Source: Pseudomonadota bacterium (GTDB taxonomy: Bacteria > Pseudomonadota > Gammaproteobacteria > Magnimaribacterales > D2472). From it: a stretch of 64,000 bases of DNA. How positions within the stretch are numbered: position 1 is the first letter of the stretch; each line of letters starts with the position of its first letter. Of this stretch, positions 20,586 to 28,893 are shown piece after piece. The notes below the pieces were generated by a model. The model saw nothing but the letters and a program-made list of their open reading frames with translations. It was not told the origin of the DNA and searched no databases. The DNA is taken from contig JAOOBR010000003.1 in assembly GCA_028404565.1 (NCBI GenBank), positions 2,260-66,259 of the forward strand. The letters run 5' to 3'. The position numbers and the translations under genes were made by a program.

Positions 20586-21745
20586 AAGCTAGAGATATTT
20601 GTTTGTTTTTGACCAAGTATGAGGGCATGGATATCACTTGTGCCCTCGTAAGTATTTACAGCCTCTAGATTCATTGAGTGTCTCACAACGTGATACTCAT
20701 CACTGATTCCATTTCCACCATGAATATCTCTTGCTGATCTGGCAATCTCAAGAGCCTTTTGACAATTATTTCTTTTAATAAGTGAGATCATTTCTGGGAC
20801 AAAATTATCTTCATCTATCAACCTGCCAACTCTTAAAGCAGCCTGCATGCCCAATGAAATTTCTGTTTGCATATCGGCAAGCTTTTTCTGAATAAGTTGC
20901 TTAGATGCTAATGGTGCATTGAATTGATTTCTATCAAGAGTATATTCAAGTGATTTCTCCCAACAGAATTCAGCAGCTCCCATTACGCCCCAAGCAATTC
21001 CATATCTTGCAGAATTTAAACAAGTAAACGGGCCTTTAAAACTTTGAACCTCGGGAAGCACTTTATCCTCAGAAACAAATACTTGATCCATAAATATCAT
21101 CCCAGTCGCAGATGCACGTAGTGCAAATTTACCATCCAAATAAGGAGTCTCTAATCCCTTAGCATCTTCTCTCTCCAGAATGAATCCTCTTAAGACGCCC
21201 TGCTCATCTTTGGCCCATATAATAAATAAGTCAGCAATTGGTGAATTTGTTATCCAAGTTTTAGATCCAGTTAATTCGAATCCGCCATCTACTTTTTTTG
21301 CAACTGATTTCATACCAGCAGGATCTGAGCCGGCATCTGGCTCAGTAAGGCCAAAACATCCAATGATATTTCCTTTGGCCATTTCAGGGAGATAGTGCTC
21401 TTTCTGTTCTTCTGAGCCAAATTTATAAATTGCATACATTGCTAATGAAGACTGAACACTGAAAGCTGATCTGTAACTAGAATCAACTCTTTCGATTTCT
21501 CTGGCAATTAATCCATAGGCAACATTACTTACTCCAGCACACCCATATCCTTTTATATGAGGCCCAAGTAAGCCTAGGTCTGCAAGCTCCTTATAAATTT
21601 CTTTATCAAAAAGCTCTTCTCTGTTAGCTTTTTGAATTCTCGGCATTAGAGAATTATCACAATAATCTCTTACAGTTTTTTGAATAGCGAGTTCCTCTTC
21701 AGTTAGTTGTTGATCAAAGAGAAGTAAGTCTGGTAGTTTGCTCAT
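20582..21745 (-). CDS. gcdH: Glutaryl-CoA dehydrogenase (acyl-CoA dehydrogenase family)
   Basis: The N-terminus resembles glutaryl-CoA dehydrogenases ([11 protein letters not shown]...). [14 protein letters not shown] and C-terminal YEGTSDIH motifs are present. Confidence 0.8.
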   Translation of the reverse strand: MSKLPDLLLFDQQLTEEELAIQKTVRDYCDNSLMPRIQKANREELFDKEIYKELADLGLLGPHIKGYGCAGVSNVAYGLIAREIERVDSSYRSAFSVQSSLAMYAIYKFGSEEQKEHYLPEMAKGNIIGCFGLTEPDAGSDPAGMKSVAKKVDGGFELTGSKTWITNSPIADLFIIWAKDEQGVLRGFILEREDAKGLETPYLDGKFALRASATGMIFMDQVFVSEDKVLPEVQSFKGPFTCLNSARYGIAWGVMGAAEFCWEKSLEYTLDRNQFNAPLASKQLIQKKLADMQTEISLGMQAALRVGRLIDEDNFVPEMISLIKRNNCQKALEIARSARDIHGGNGISDEYHVVRHSMNLEAVNTYEGTSDIHALILGQKQTNISSF

Positions 21746-21759
21746 GCGAATATTATAAA

Positions 21760-21993
21760 TTAAATTTTCTCAACTCTGATTAATCCAAACCTAATATCTT
21801 GATATTTTATTTCATTAGAATCTAGACAGGATTTTGTGATGGAAATCATCTTAACACTATTGCCACAAATTATTACTAGAGGAATTAATTCTTGGTTTCT
21901 CAAAACAAAATCGAGAACAAGTTCATTTACTTCATGATGCCTAACTCCATGAAGGTCTAAATGAGTAATTCCATTCTCAACAAAAGTTTTCAT
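21760..21993 (-). CDS. Small Smr-domain-like protein
   Basis: 77 aa. [11 protein letters not shown] followed by VIICGNS resembles the Smr LDLHG...IIHGKG pattern, but the match is short and divergent. Confidence 0.4.
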   Translation of the reverse strand: MKTFVENGITHLDLHGVRHHEVNELVLDFVLRNQELIPLVIICGNSVKMISITKSCLDSNEIKYQDIRFGLIRVEKI

Positions 21994-22013
21994 AAAACCA
22001 TTATAATTTGCTA

Positions 22014-22601
22014 ATGGCTAAGGTTCACTTTTTTTACTCAACTATGAATGCTGGTAAATCAACTGCACTTCTCCAGTCAGCTCACAATTACCATGAGACT
22101 GGAAATGAAACAATTTTATTTATTCCAAGAGAAGATGCTGATAAGAATTTAGGTCTTATAAAATCTAGAATTGGTTTAAGCGCTTCAGCGGTTGTAATTG
22201 ATTCAAAATTAAAGATTTATAATTATGTAAAAAAAGAGCTTTCTCAAAGAAAGGTTGATGCAATACTTGTTGATGAAGCTCAATTTTTGAAGAAGCATCA
22301 TGTTCTGCAGATGTGTAAAGTATGTGATGAGTTGCAAATCCCCGTAATGTGTTATGGCATAAGAACTGATTTTAGGGGAGAGTTGTTTGAAGGAAGTGCA
22401 GCTCTTTTGGCATTAGCAGACAATTTAATAGAGCTAAAAACGGTATGCAATGTATGCAGTAGGAAAGCAACTATGGTTGTTAGACTTGATGAGAGTGGAA
22501 AGGTTATTACTGAAGGTTCAAAAGTTCAAATCGGCGGAAATGATGTATACAGAGTATTGTGTAGAAAACACTTTAACGAGGCCACAAAACTATTAGATTA
22601 G
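22014..22601 (+). CDS. tdk: Thymidine kinase
   Basis: P-loop MNAGKST, VDEAQF, and C-terminal zinc-ribbon cysteines (CNVCSRKA...CRKH). I prefer the ATG at 22014 over the TTG at 22008. Confidence 0.9.
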   Translation: MAKVHFFYSTMNAGKSTALLQSAHNYHETGNETILFIPREDADKNLGLIKSRIGLSASAVVIDSKLKIYNYVKKELSQRKVDAILVDEAQFLKKHHVLQMCKVCDELQIPVMCYGIRTDFRGELFEGSAALLALADNLIELKTVCNVCSRKATMVVRLDESGKVITEGSKVQIGGNDVYRVLCRKHFNEATKLLD

Positions 22602-22602
22602 A

Positions 22603-23844
22603 TTATCTCTTATAAACTTTCCCTTCTTTCATTACAAAAGCTACCTCTTCCAAGGTTCTAACATTAGTAAGAGGGTTTTCGATCACTCCAACGATATCAG
22701 CATCAAACCCTTCCTTAATTTGTCCAGTATTTTCAATACCAAACAATGTTGCAGTTTTGATGGTTGAAGCCTGAATTGCTTCAAGCGGCGTCATTCCCCA
22801 CTCAACCATGTATGCAAACTGTTTTGCATTATCTCCATGATCAAATATTCCTGCATCTGTTCCAAATGTAATGATTGCTCCTCTTCTATGAGCATTCATA
22901 AAGTTTTCTCTTTGTTTTTGTCCAACCAATCTCTCTTTGTTTAAAGATTCTTCTCTTATCCCAGCTTTAGCGCCCTCTCCTAAAATATAATCTGAAACAA
23001 AGATATCCATCGATAGAACTGTATTATTTTCTATTGCCATATCTATGGCTTCATCATCAATAAAGCTTGCATGTTCAACAGAGTCAACTCCTGCTTTTAT
23101 CGCTGCTTTAATTCCTATTAATCCATGGGCATGCGCTGCTACTTTCATACCATGATTGTGAGCTTCATCAACTATTGCTTTCATCTCCTCTAAAGTAAAC
23201 TGCTTTGCATTAACATCAGTATTTCTTGACATTACTCCACCAGTTGCACAGAACTTAATTAGGTCAGCACCGTACTTCCTATTTTTTCTTACCATCTTTC
23301 TTGCTTCCCAAGGGCTGTCGACAACTCCTTCACTTGAATAGTTAAATTCTGGTGGTAATAAGTTGTGGTCACAGTGTCCTCCGGTTATACCTAGTGCAGG
23401 TCCAGAAACAAGCATTGTAGGTCCATTTATGACTCCTCTTTCTATTGCATCTCTGACTGACACATCTGCATAGTTAGCTGCCCCAACATTTCTTACAGTT
23501 GTAAAACCAGCCATTAAAGTCTTCTCTGCATTCACTACGCCCCACACTGTTCCCATATGAGATGAATCAGCAATTGATTCTTCACCTTTTGAGTCATTCC
23601 CAACAATATGAACATGGCTGTCCATTAAACCGGGAATCAAAATAAGATCTGGTATAGAAATTACTGTCGCATCTTTAGAGTTTATTTTTCCAATATCAGC
23701 AATCTTTCCATCACGAATTAATAAATCTGCTTTAATAATATTTCCAGTTTGAACATCTAAATAACCTTTTGATTTGATTAAAAAATCTTCTGAAATCAAA
23801 AGATTTGAACAGAGTATAAATATAAAAAATATTAATTTTTTCAT
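22603..23844 (-). CDS. Exported metal-dependent amidohydrolase (imidazolonepropionase/Xaa-Pro dipeptidase-like superfamily)
   Basis: Signal peptide, GLMDSHVH metal-binding HxH, and later HAHG and D-containing motifs. The start at MKKLIFF forms an ATGA overlap with the upstream SDR stop; the longest ORF runs to 23868. Confidence 0.8.
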   Translation of the reverse strand: MKKLIFFIFILCSNLLISEDFLIKSKGYLDVQTGNIIKADLLIRDGKIADIGKINSKDATVISIPDLILIPGLMDSHVHIVGNDSKGEESIADSSHMGTVWGVVNAEKTLMAGFTTVRNVGAANYADVSVRDAIERGVINGPTMLVSGPALGITGGHCDHNLLPPEFNYSSEGVVDSPWEARKMVRKNRKYGADLIKFCATGGVMSRNTDVNAKQFTLEEMKAIVDEAHNHGMKVAAHAHGLIGIKAAIKAGVDSVEHASFIDDEAIDMAIENNTVLSMDIFVSDYILGEGAKAGIREESLNKERLVGQKQRENFMNAHRRGAIITFGTDAGIFDHGDNAKQFAYMVEWGMTPLEAIQASTIKTATLFGIENTGQIKEGFDADIVGVIENPLTNVRTLEEVAFVMKEGKVYKR

Positions 23845-24614
23845 GACCACATGCTTGCGCCGCCACAAATTGTTAAAGCTTGTCCTGTCATAAAGGAACT
23901 CTCATCAGAAGTAAGGAAAACTGCAACACCTTTAAAATCATCAGCTTCGCCAAGTCTTCTTAACGGCATTCTTTGACTTGAGGCTTTTTCAGCTTCAGGG
24001 TTTTCCCAAAGCAGTTTTGAAAAATCTGTTTTCACAAGTCCTGGGCAAATTGCATTTACCCTTATATTCGATGGACCTAATTCAGAAGCATAGTTTCTAA
24101 CTAAACCCAAAACAGCTAGCTTTGAAATACTATAAGTACCTAAAGTTTCAGAAGCATGAAAGGCAGCAATACTTGAAGTAATCATTATCGATCCGCCTCC
24201 AGATTCTTTCATTGAAGGCGTTACCATATTTATTAGCCAATGATTAGACTTAACATTTGTATCCATTGTCTTATCGTATGATTCATCATCAATCTCAGAC
24301 ATAGAACCAAAAAAAGAATTTACTCCAGCATTACATATGAGAGTTGATATTGATCCAAGCTTAGATATTGAAAAGTCTACAAGGTCTTGTAATTGATCTT
24401 TGCTTGATGCGTTGCATGCAAAAGCAAATGCTTTTTCATTGCCAATGGATTCATTTATAGCGTCTGCAGCTTCTTTGCATTGATCAAGCTTCCTACTGGA
24501 TATAACAACATTAGCTCCATGACTTACTAACCCTTGGGCCATGGCCAGACCCATCCCTTTAGAGGCGCCCGTAAGCAAAACATTCTTATTTTGGAGGTCA
24601 AATAGCTTAGACAT
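23841..24614 (-). CDS. Short-chain dehydrogenase/reductase
   Basis: TGASKGMG Rossmann motif and YSISK catalytic YxxxK. Confidence 0.85.
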   Translation of the reverse strand: MSKLFDLQNKNVLLTGASKGMGLAMAQGLVSHGANVVISSRKLDQCKEAADAINESIGNEKAFAFACNASSKDQLQDLVDFSISKLGSISTLICNAGVNSFFGSMSEIDDESYDKTMDTNVKSNHWLINMVTPSMKESGGGSIMITSSIAAFHASETLGTYSISKLAVLGLVRNYASELGPSNIRVNAICPGLVKTDFSKLLWENPEAEKASSQRMPLRRLGEADDFKGVAVFLTSDESSFMTGQALTICGGASMWS

Positions 24615-24627
24615 TCACTAAGTATAA

Positions 24628-24657
24628 ATAAAAAAAAGGGAGCAGGCTCCCTTTTTT
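24628..24657 (-). terminator. Rho-independent terminator after the acidic lipoprotein gene
   Basis: GGGAG/CTCCC stem (24638-24642 and 24647-24651), extendable by A:T pairs. A T-run follows on the minus strand (A-run 24631-24637 on plus). Confidence 0.8.
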
Positions 24658-24670
24658 AAAGTAGTCTGTT

Positions 24671-25456
24671 TTAAGAAGATGGTTGAACTATAGGATAACC
24701 TTCAAATTCAACTATCTGACAGGATTCAATCTCATCAAATTGAGATTGGAGATCAGTCTCTGCATATGCAGCATAACCAGCTTCTCTTTCATCATTATTT
24801 TGCCAATAAAAACCAATCATATAGTCATATCCACTATCAACAGATCCTTCAACGCCTGAGGTATCAAAAAGAGGATCATGCCATACATACCACATGCTAT
24901 CTTTTTCTCTACCATCAACCCAGGCATCAAAATTTGCCATTACAGGTCGAAGTTCGTCAAAACCGTTACCATCTGCAAAAGTACAAAAATGATAATCTGC
25001 GTTAAAGGGAGGTTCATCTGACCATTCAACACCAGGCTGCATGCCGGGAGTTCCAGTGAAATGAAAGACTCTGTCCTCCTGACAATCAAGAGTGTCATTG
25101 TGTGCAGCCTCAAAATCTTCAGCGCTATTCGCTAGCCAATCTTCCCAGCCTGCATTTCTTGAATCTTCATCTGACCAAACATTAAGCCAAACTGCATCAT
25201 AATTATCAGTTTCAAATGTTGGAATATAAGCCCATGCACTGACAACAGGATGATCCGAGTTCTTTGTAACCTCATTAAAATCTGCACGTAGAGCATTCAA
25301 GGTTTCTGGAGAAGTATTTGGCCCATAATCACACCACATATACTCCAATAGAACACTTTCAACTTCTGCACTCTCTGCAGTCTCAGTTTCAGAAGACTGA
25401 TTAGAGCATCCAAAAACAAACAATAATGCTGTTAAGTAAAAAATATTTTTATTCAT
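24671..25456 (-). CDS. Hypothetical lipoprotein, highly acidic and Trp-rich, built from two tandem homologous domains
   Basis: Lipobox LFVFGCS. The two approximately 100-aa halves align with each other (see findings). I recognised no known family. Confidence 0.6.
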   Translation of the reverse strand: MNKNIFYLTALLFVFGCSNQSSETETAESAEVESVLLEYMWCDYGPNTSPETLNALRADFNEVTKNSDHPVVSAWAYIPTFETDNYDAVWLNVWSDEDSRNAGWEDWLANSAEDFEAAHNDTLDCQEDRVFHFTGTPGMQPGVEWSDEPPFNADYHFCTFADGNGFDELRPVMANFDAWVDGREKDSMWYVWHDPLFDTSGVEGSVDSGYDYMIGFYWQNNDEREAGYAAYAETDLQSQFDEIESCQIVEFEGYPIVQPSS

Positions 25457-25501
25457 AAAATTTCCTCCAGAAAAAAATAATACATCAATTTTTATTAAAA
25501 A

Positions 25502-26455
25502 TTAGTTTTGGCAACTATTTTCTTGGTAGTAATTTTCGATTGCATCCTTTTCATCAGAGTCAATACCTAGTCTAAATTCTGATTTTATATTCAGCCATTT
25601 ATCTAAGTATTCGCAATAATAAGAGGAATTATCTGGCATCCAGTTAGATGGATCTGATGAGCCCTTGCTAGCATTTGATGAGCCTCCAACTGCGATTAAA
25701 AGATCGTCAAAATCAATATTATTTGCAAATTTTAGTTTTCTTGAAGCTGGAAAGCTCCATGCTCCACTTTTGTGCGCTTCAAATAATGCAACAACATGAT
25801 CTATTTGAACCTCAGAAGAAGAAAAATAATAAAGATTATCGTATGGATCAAACCATTTACCGGAATTTACAAAACATCCATCTGATGAAAAAACTAAAGG
25901 ATAATTAGAATCATCATCGATATGTTCAGATTCAAGCACTTCATGTCTATTATTCTGACAATCGCCATCCCAATCTTGCCATGTCGGGTAATCATTTGTT
26001 CTATCATATTCAACAGTTGTATTTTCCTCCTCAAAACAAACTGTTTTCCCTAAAAAATTATCTGAACAAACTCTCAAAAGAAAAACTGTAAGTGTTTGAG
26101 TAATTGAAACAATATTATCAGTAACGTTAATTACAATTGAGAACTCATTCTTATCAAAATAGCTGAGGGGCTGATTAAATGTGATTACTCCTTCATTGGT
26201 TATAGAAAAATAGGAAGGATCATTTCCTGAGAGACTATATTGAAGTATATCTCCATCATTATCACTAGCAGAAATGGTAGCAACAGATAATTGCATTTCA
26301 TCAACTTCAATCTCACCAATATTATTTACAAAAAAGGGAGAAGTATTTGGTGTCTGAGGCATGGGATCAGTTCCTCCACCACCGCCACCGCAAGAGTTGA
26401 TAAAAGTGATTGCAACAATCAATGAAAATATTAATCTCAAGCCAAAATGTTTCAT
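25502..26455 (-). CDS. Lipoprotein with a cadherin-like repeat and a C-terminal DUF1524/HNH-type nuclease domain
   Basis: Lipobox INSCGGGGGG. The cadherin-like segment is ISASDNDGDILQYSLSGNDPSYFSI...VINVTDN. The C-terminal part (WDGDCQNNRHEVL...QIDHVVALFEAHKSGAW...NASKGSSDPSNWMP) matches the secreted GmrSD C-terminal-domain pattern. Confidence 0.6.
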   Translation of the reverse strand: MKHFGLRLIFSLIVAITFINSCGGGGGGTDPMPQTPNTSPFFVNNIGEIEVDEMQLSVATISASDNDGDILQYSLSGNDPSYFSITNEGVITFNQPLSYFDKNEFSIVINVTDNIVSITQTLTVFLLRVCSDNFLGKTVCFEEENTTVEYDRTNDYPTWQDWDGDCQNNRHEVLESEHIDDDSNYPLVFSSDGCFVNSGKWFDPYDNLYYFSSSEVQIDHVVALFEAHKSGAWSFPASRKLKFANNIDFDDLLIAVGGSSNASKGSSDPSNWMPDNSSYYCEYLDKWLNIKSEFRLGIDSDEKDAIENYYQENSCQN

Positions 26456-26488
26456 AAAAAAGATTATAATCCCAATTAAAAAATAAAG

Positions 26489-27238
26489 ATGAAAAAAGCA
26501 TTAATTACAGGAGCTTCTTCAGGAATTGGTTTTGAGTACGCAAAGCATTTAAACCAGAATGGCTGGTCTTTAGATTTAGTTTCTCATAGCGAAGAAAGAT
26601 CAAAAAAAGCTAGAGAGTTCTTTCAAAATAATAATAATAACTATTATCATTTGGATCTTTCAAAGAAAGATTCTATTTTAGAACTGCTTGATAAGGTAGA
26701 TTGTCCAGATCTTATTGTTGCTAATGCTGGTATAACAATGATGAGTAAAGCTGGCGAGAGCTCTTCATTGCAAAGAGACGAATTATATTATCTTTTGTGT
26801 GGAGGAGTAATTGATTTAATTGAGGGATTGGTTCCAAGATTAAAAGAGAAAGATGCTTCAAGGATTGTAATCATTTCAAGTATAGGAGCAGTAACACCAA
26901 TGCCTAAATCTTCACTTTATGCATCTGCAAAGTCTGGTATTTATTCTTACGGAAGATCAATTGGCGAGGAGTTAGCAAATGAGAATATTTCGGTCACCAT
27001 CTCACTTCCAGGATATGTAAAAACAAATGCTCACAAAAGAGCTGGTCTTGATCATCTCGAGAAGAAAATCCCTTTTTGGATGTGGGTATCTGCTGAAAAA
27101 GTTGTAAAGATGACTGAGAAAGCTTCTATAGCTGGAAAGAGTACAGTTATTCCTGGTTTAGCTTATAAATTAGTTAAGCCATTTCTTGGAATGGAAATAA
27201 CATCTAAAGCATGGAAAATGCTAAATAGGAGAAACTAA
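26489..27238 (+). CDS. Short-chain dehydrogenase/reductase
   Basis: TGASSGIG Rossmann motif and YASAKSG catalytic YxxxK. Confidence 0.8.
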   Translation: MKKALITGASSGIGFEYAKHLNQNGWSLDLVSHSEERSKKAREFFQNNNNNYYHLDLSKKDSILELLDKVDCPDLIVANAGITMMSKAGESSSLQRDELYYLLCGGVIDLIEGLVPRLKEKDASRIVIISSIGAVTPMPKSSLYASAKSGIYSYGRSIGEELANENISVTISLPGYVKTNAHKRAGLDHLEKKIPFWMWVSAEKVVKMTEKASIAGKSTVIPGLAYKLVKPFLGMEITSKAWKMLNRRN

Positions 27239-27246
27239 GATAAGTT

Positions 27247-27738
27247 TTAAATAACGCTAAGAATTTTATTAAAACAAGATTCTAAATCATCGTTGTTTAT
27301 CACGATATGATCAGCAAACTCTCTATATATACTTTCTCTTTCATTAAAAGCATCCTCCATTGTTTGGTCAGCTCTTTTAATAAAACCTCGGTTTGAGAAA
27401 TCAGGAATGCGATCCATTATATCTTCGAAGGATACTTCTAAATAAATTACTGATGAGTTACTTTTAATATGATTCATTGCTTTTTTACTAAAGATCGCAC
27501 TGCCTCCTGTTGCTAATACAGTTTGATTGAGCTCAACCGATAAAATTGCCGCTTCCTCAATTTTTTTAAATTCTTGAGTCCCGGTCTCAACCAGGATTTC
27601 CTGAAGTGATTTATTCCAATTTGCCTCAATTAATTGATCGCTATCAATTAGATCAAATTTAAGATGATTTGCTAGCTTTTTCCCGATGGACGATTTACCT
27701 GCCCCCGCCATGCCTATTAATGATATTGATTTTTTCAT
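27247..27738 (-). CDS. aroK: Shikimate kinase-like P-loop kinase
   Basis: Walker A GMAGAGKSS, DSD motif and TGGSA segment match the shikimate kinase pattern. I set the start at MKKSISL because the longer ORF extension is just a translation of the tRNA-Ala gene. Confidence 0.65.
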   Translation of the reverse strand: MKKSISLIGMAGAGKSSIGKKLANHLKFDLIDSDQLIEANWNKSLQEILVETGTQEFKKIEEAAILSVELNQTVLATGGSAIFSKKAMNHIKSNSSVIYLEVSFEDIMDRIPDFSNRGFIKRADQTMEDAFNERESIYREFADHIVINNDDLESCFNKILSVI

Positions 27739-27750
27739 TTTAAAAACTAT

Positions 27751-27826
27751 TGGTGGAGCCAAGGGGGATCGAACCCCTGACCTCAACGCTGCCAGCGTTG
27801 CGCTCTCCCAGCTGAGCTATGGCCCC
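27751..27826 (-). tRNA. tRNA-Ala (anticodon GGC)
   Basis: The reverse complement GGGGCCATAGCTCAGCTGGGAGAGCGCAACGCTGGCAGCGTTGAGGTCAGGGGTTCGATCCCCCTTGGCTCCACCA folds as a cloverleaf. It has the G3:U70 identity pair, anticodon loop CTGGCAG, and an encoded CCA. Confidence 0.95.
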
Positions 27827-27838
27827 AAGAAGTTCCTG

Positions 27839-27867
27839 ATATTACCTAAGTATATTTTTGAAGTAAA
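27839..27867 (-). promoter_or_regulatory. Candidate sigma70 promoter for tRNA-Ala (TTTACT-17 nt-TAATAT)
   Basis: On the minus strand the -35 is at 27862-27867 and the -10 at 27839-27844, with a 17-nt spacer. The -10 ends 12 nt before the mature tRNA 5' end. Confidence 0.35.
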
Positions 27868-27874
27868 TCTTTAT

Positions 27875-28855
27875 TCAATCTAAATTTATAACCGAACCTG
27901 GGCTAGGTGCAATGAAATTGTCCATATTTATATCATTGATTGCTTTATCTAGCCTTTCTTTTGGCTCCAACGTATCCTCGTCAGTGAGCTTAAAAGTTGC
28001 CCAATGCATTCCAAAACTATTTTCAGCACCCAAATCAAGCATTATTTGAACAGCATCTTCTGGATTAACATGACTTTCCGCCATGAACCATTCAGGATCG
28101 TATGCACCTATTGGAATAAAAGCATACTTCGGTGAGCCCAGTCTAGATCTTGTTTCCTTGAAGTCATTTGAATAGCCTGTATCACCTGCATGGAATATAG
28201 AATAGTCTTCAAATTTAAAAAACCATCCACCCCACAAGCTTTTATTTCTATCGAAGAGTCCTCTTTTTGACCAATGCTGGACTGGAGTAAATGTTAATTC
28301 AAGATTATTTACCTTATATCCATTCCACCATTCATACTCAAAGATATTTTTTATTCCCTTTCTTTGTAACAGTTTCTTATCTCCTGCTGGAACCAAGAAA
28401 ATAGCATTAGGATTAGTTATATAAATCTCTTTAAGACTTGCCGTATCCAGATGATCATAGTGATTATGACTTACGGTTACAAAGTCAATATTTGGGAGAC
28501 TATCAATAGGAATTGCTGGCGGTATTAATCTTTTTGGTCCTATGTTCTTAAATGGTGACGCCCTTTTAGAGAAAATGGGATCAGTTAAAATTGTGTAACC
28601 ATTTTTTTTAATTAGAAATGTTGAATGGCCAATCCAAATTGCGTAATTATTATCTGCTTCAAGATTAATATCCTTCCAGTCTTCCGATAATTCAATGAAA
28701 TCAATCTTTGTATCAACATCACTAGTTGACCACTCCAATAAATCCTTAAAAGACTTTTCAATTGGTTTACCATTGGTATTTTCATATTCTGCAAAGATTT
28801 GAGATGTATTTAAAGATAGAGCAAGTAATGACACCCAAGATGTAATTGATTTCAT
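27875..28855 (-). CDS. Exported MBL-fold metallo-hydrolase
   Basis: Signal peptide, SHNHYDHLD (HxHxDH) motif, and later His/Asp ligand positions. Confidence 0.8.
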   Translation of the reverse strand: MKSITSWVSLLALSLNTSQIFAEYENTNGKPIEKSFKDLLEWSTSDVDTKIDFIELSEDWKDINLEADNNYAIWIGHSTFLIKKNGYTILTDPIFSKRASPFKNIGPKRLIPPAIPIDSLPNIDFVTVSHNHYDHLDTASLKEIYITNPNAIFLVPAGDKKLLQRKGIKNIFEYEWWNGYKVNNLELTFTPVQHWSKRGLFDRNKSLWGGWFFKFEDYSIFHAGDTGYSNDFKETRSRLGSPKYAFIPIGAYDPEWFMAESHVNPEDAVQIMLDLGAENSFGMHWATFKLTDEDTLEPKERLDKAINDINMDNFIAPSPGSVINLD

Positions 28856-28893
28856 TGAAATATTATATTGAATTAAGTTGATTTGATCGGGCT

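Noticed and set aside
26627-26641. (AAT)4-AAC microsatellite in the SDR gene as a possible phase-variation tract
   Set aside because: The repeat is a trinucleotide and in frame (encoding NNNNN), so slippage would not switch the gene off. It is also too short to be a convincing contingency locus.
27739-27786. N-terminal extension of the shikimate-kinase-like ORF (MRSGVRSPLAPPIVFK...)
   Set aside because: The extension is just a translation of the tRNA-Ala gene and its spacer. A clean ATG (MKKSISL) directly precedes the P-loop, so the CDS starts at 27738.
27751-27826. tRNA genes as integration hot-spots flanking genomic islands (also 58569-58646 and 61756-61910)
   Set aside because: There is no integrase, direct repeat of a tRNA 3' end, or compositional break next to any of the four tRNAs. 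The flanking genes are core housekeeping genes.
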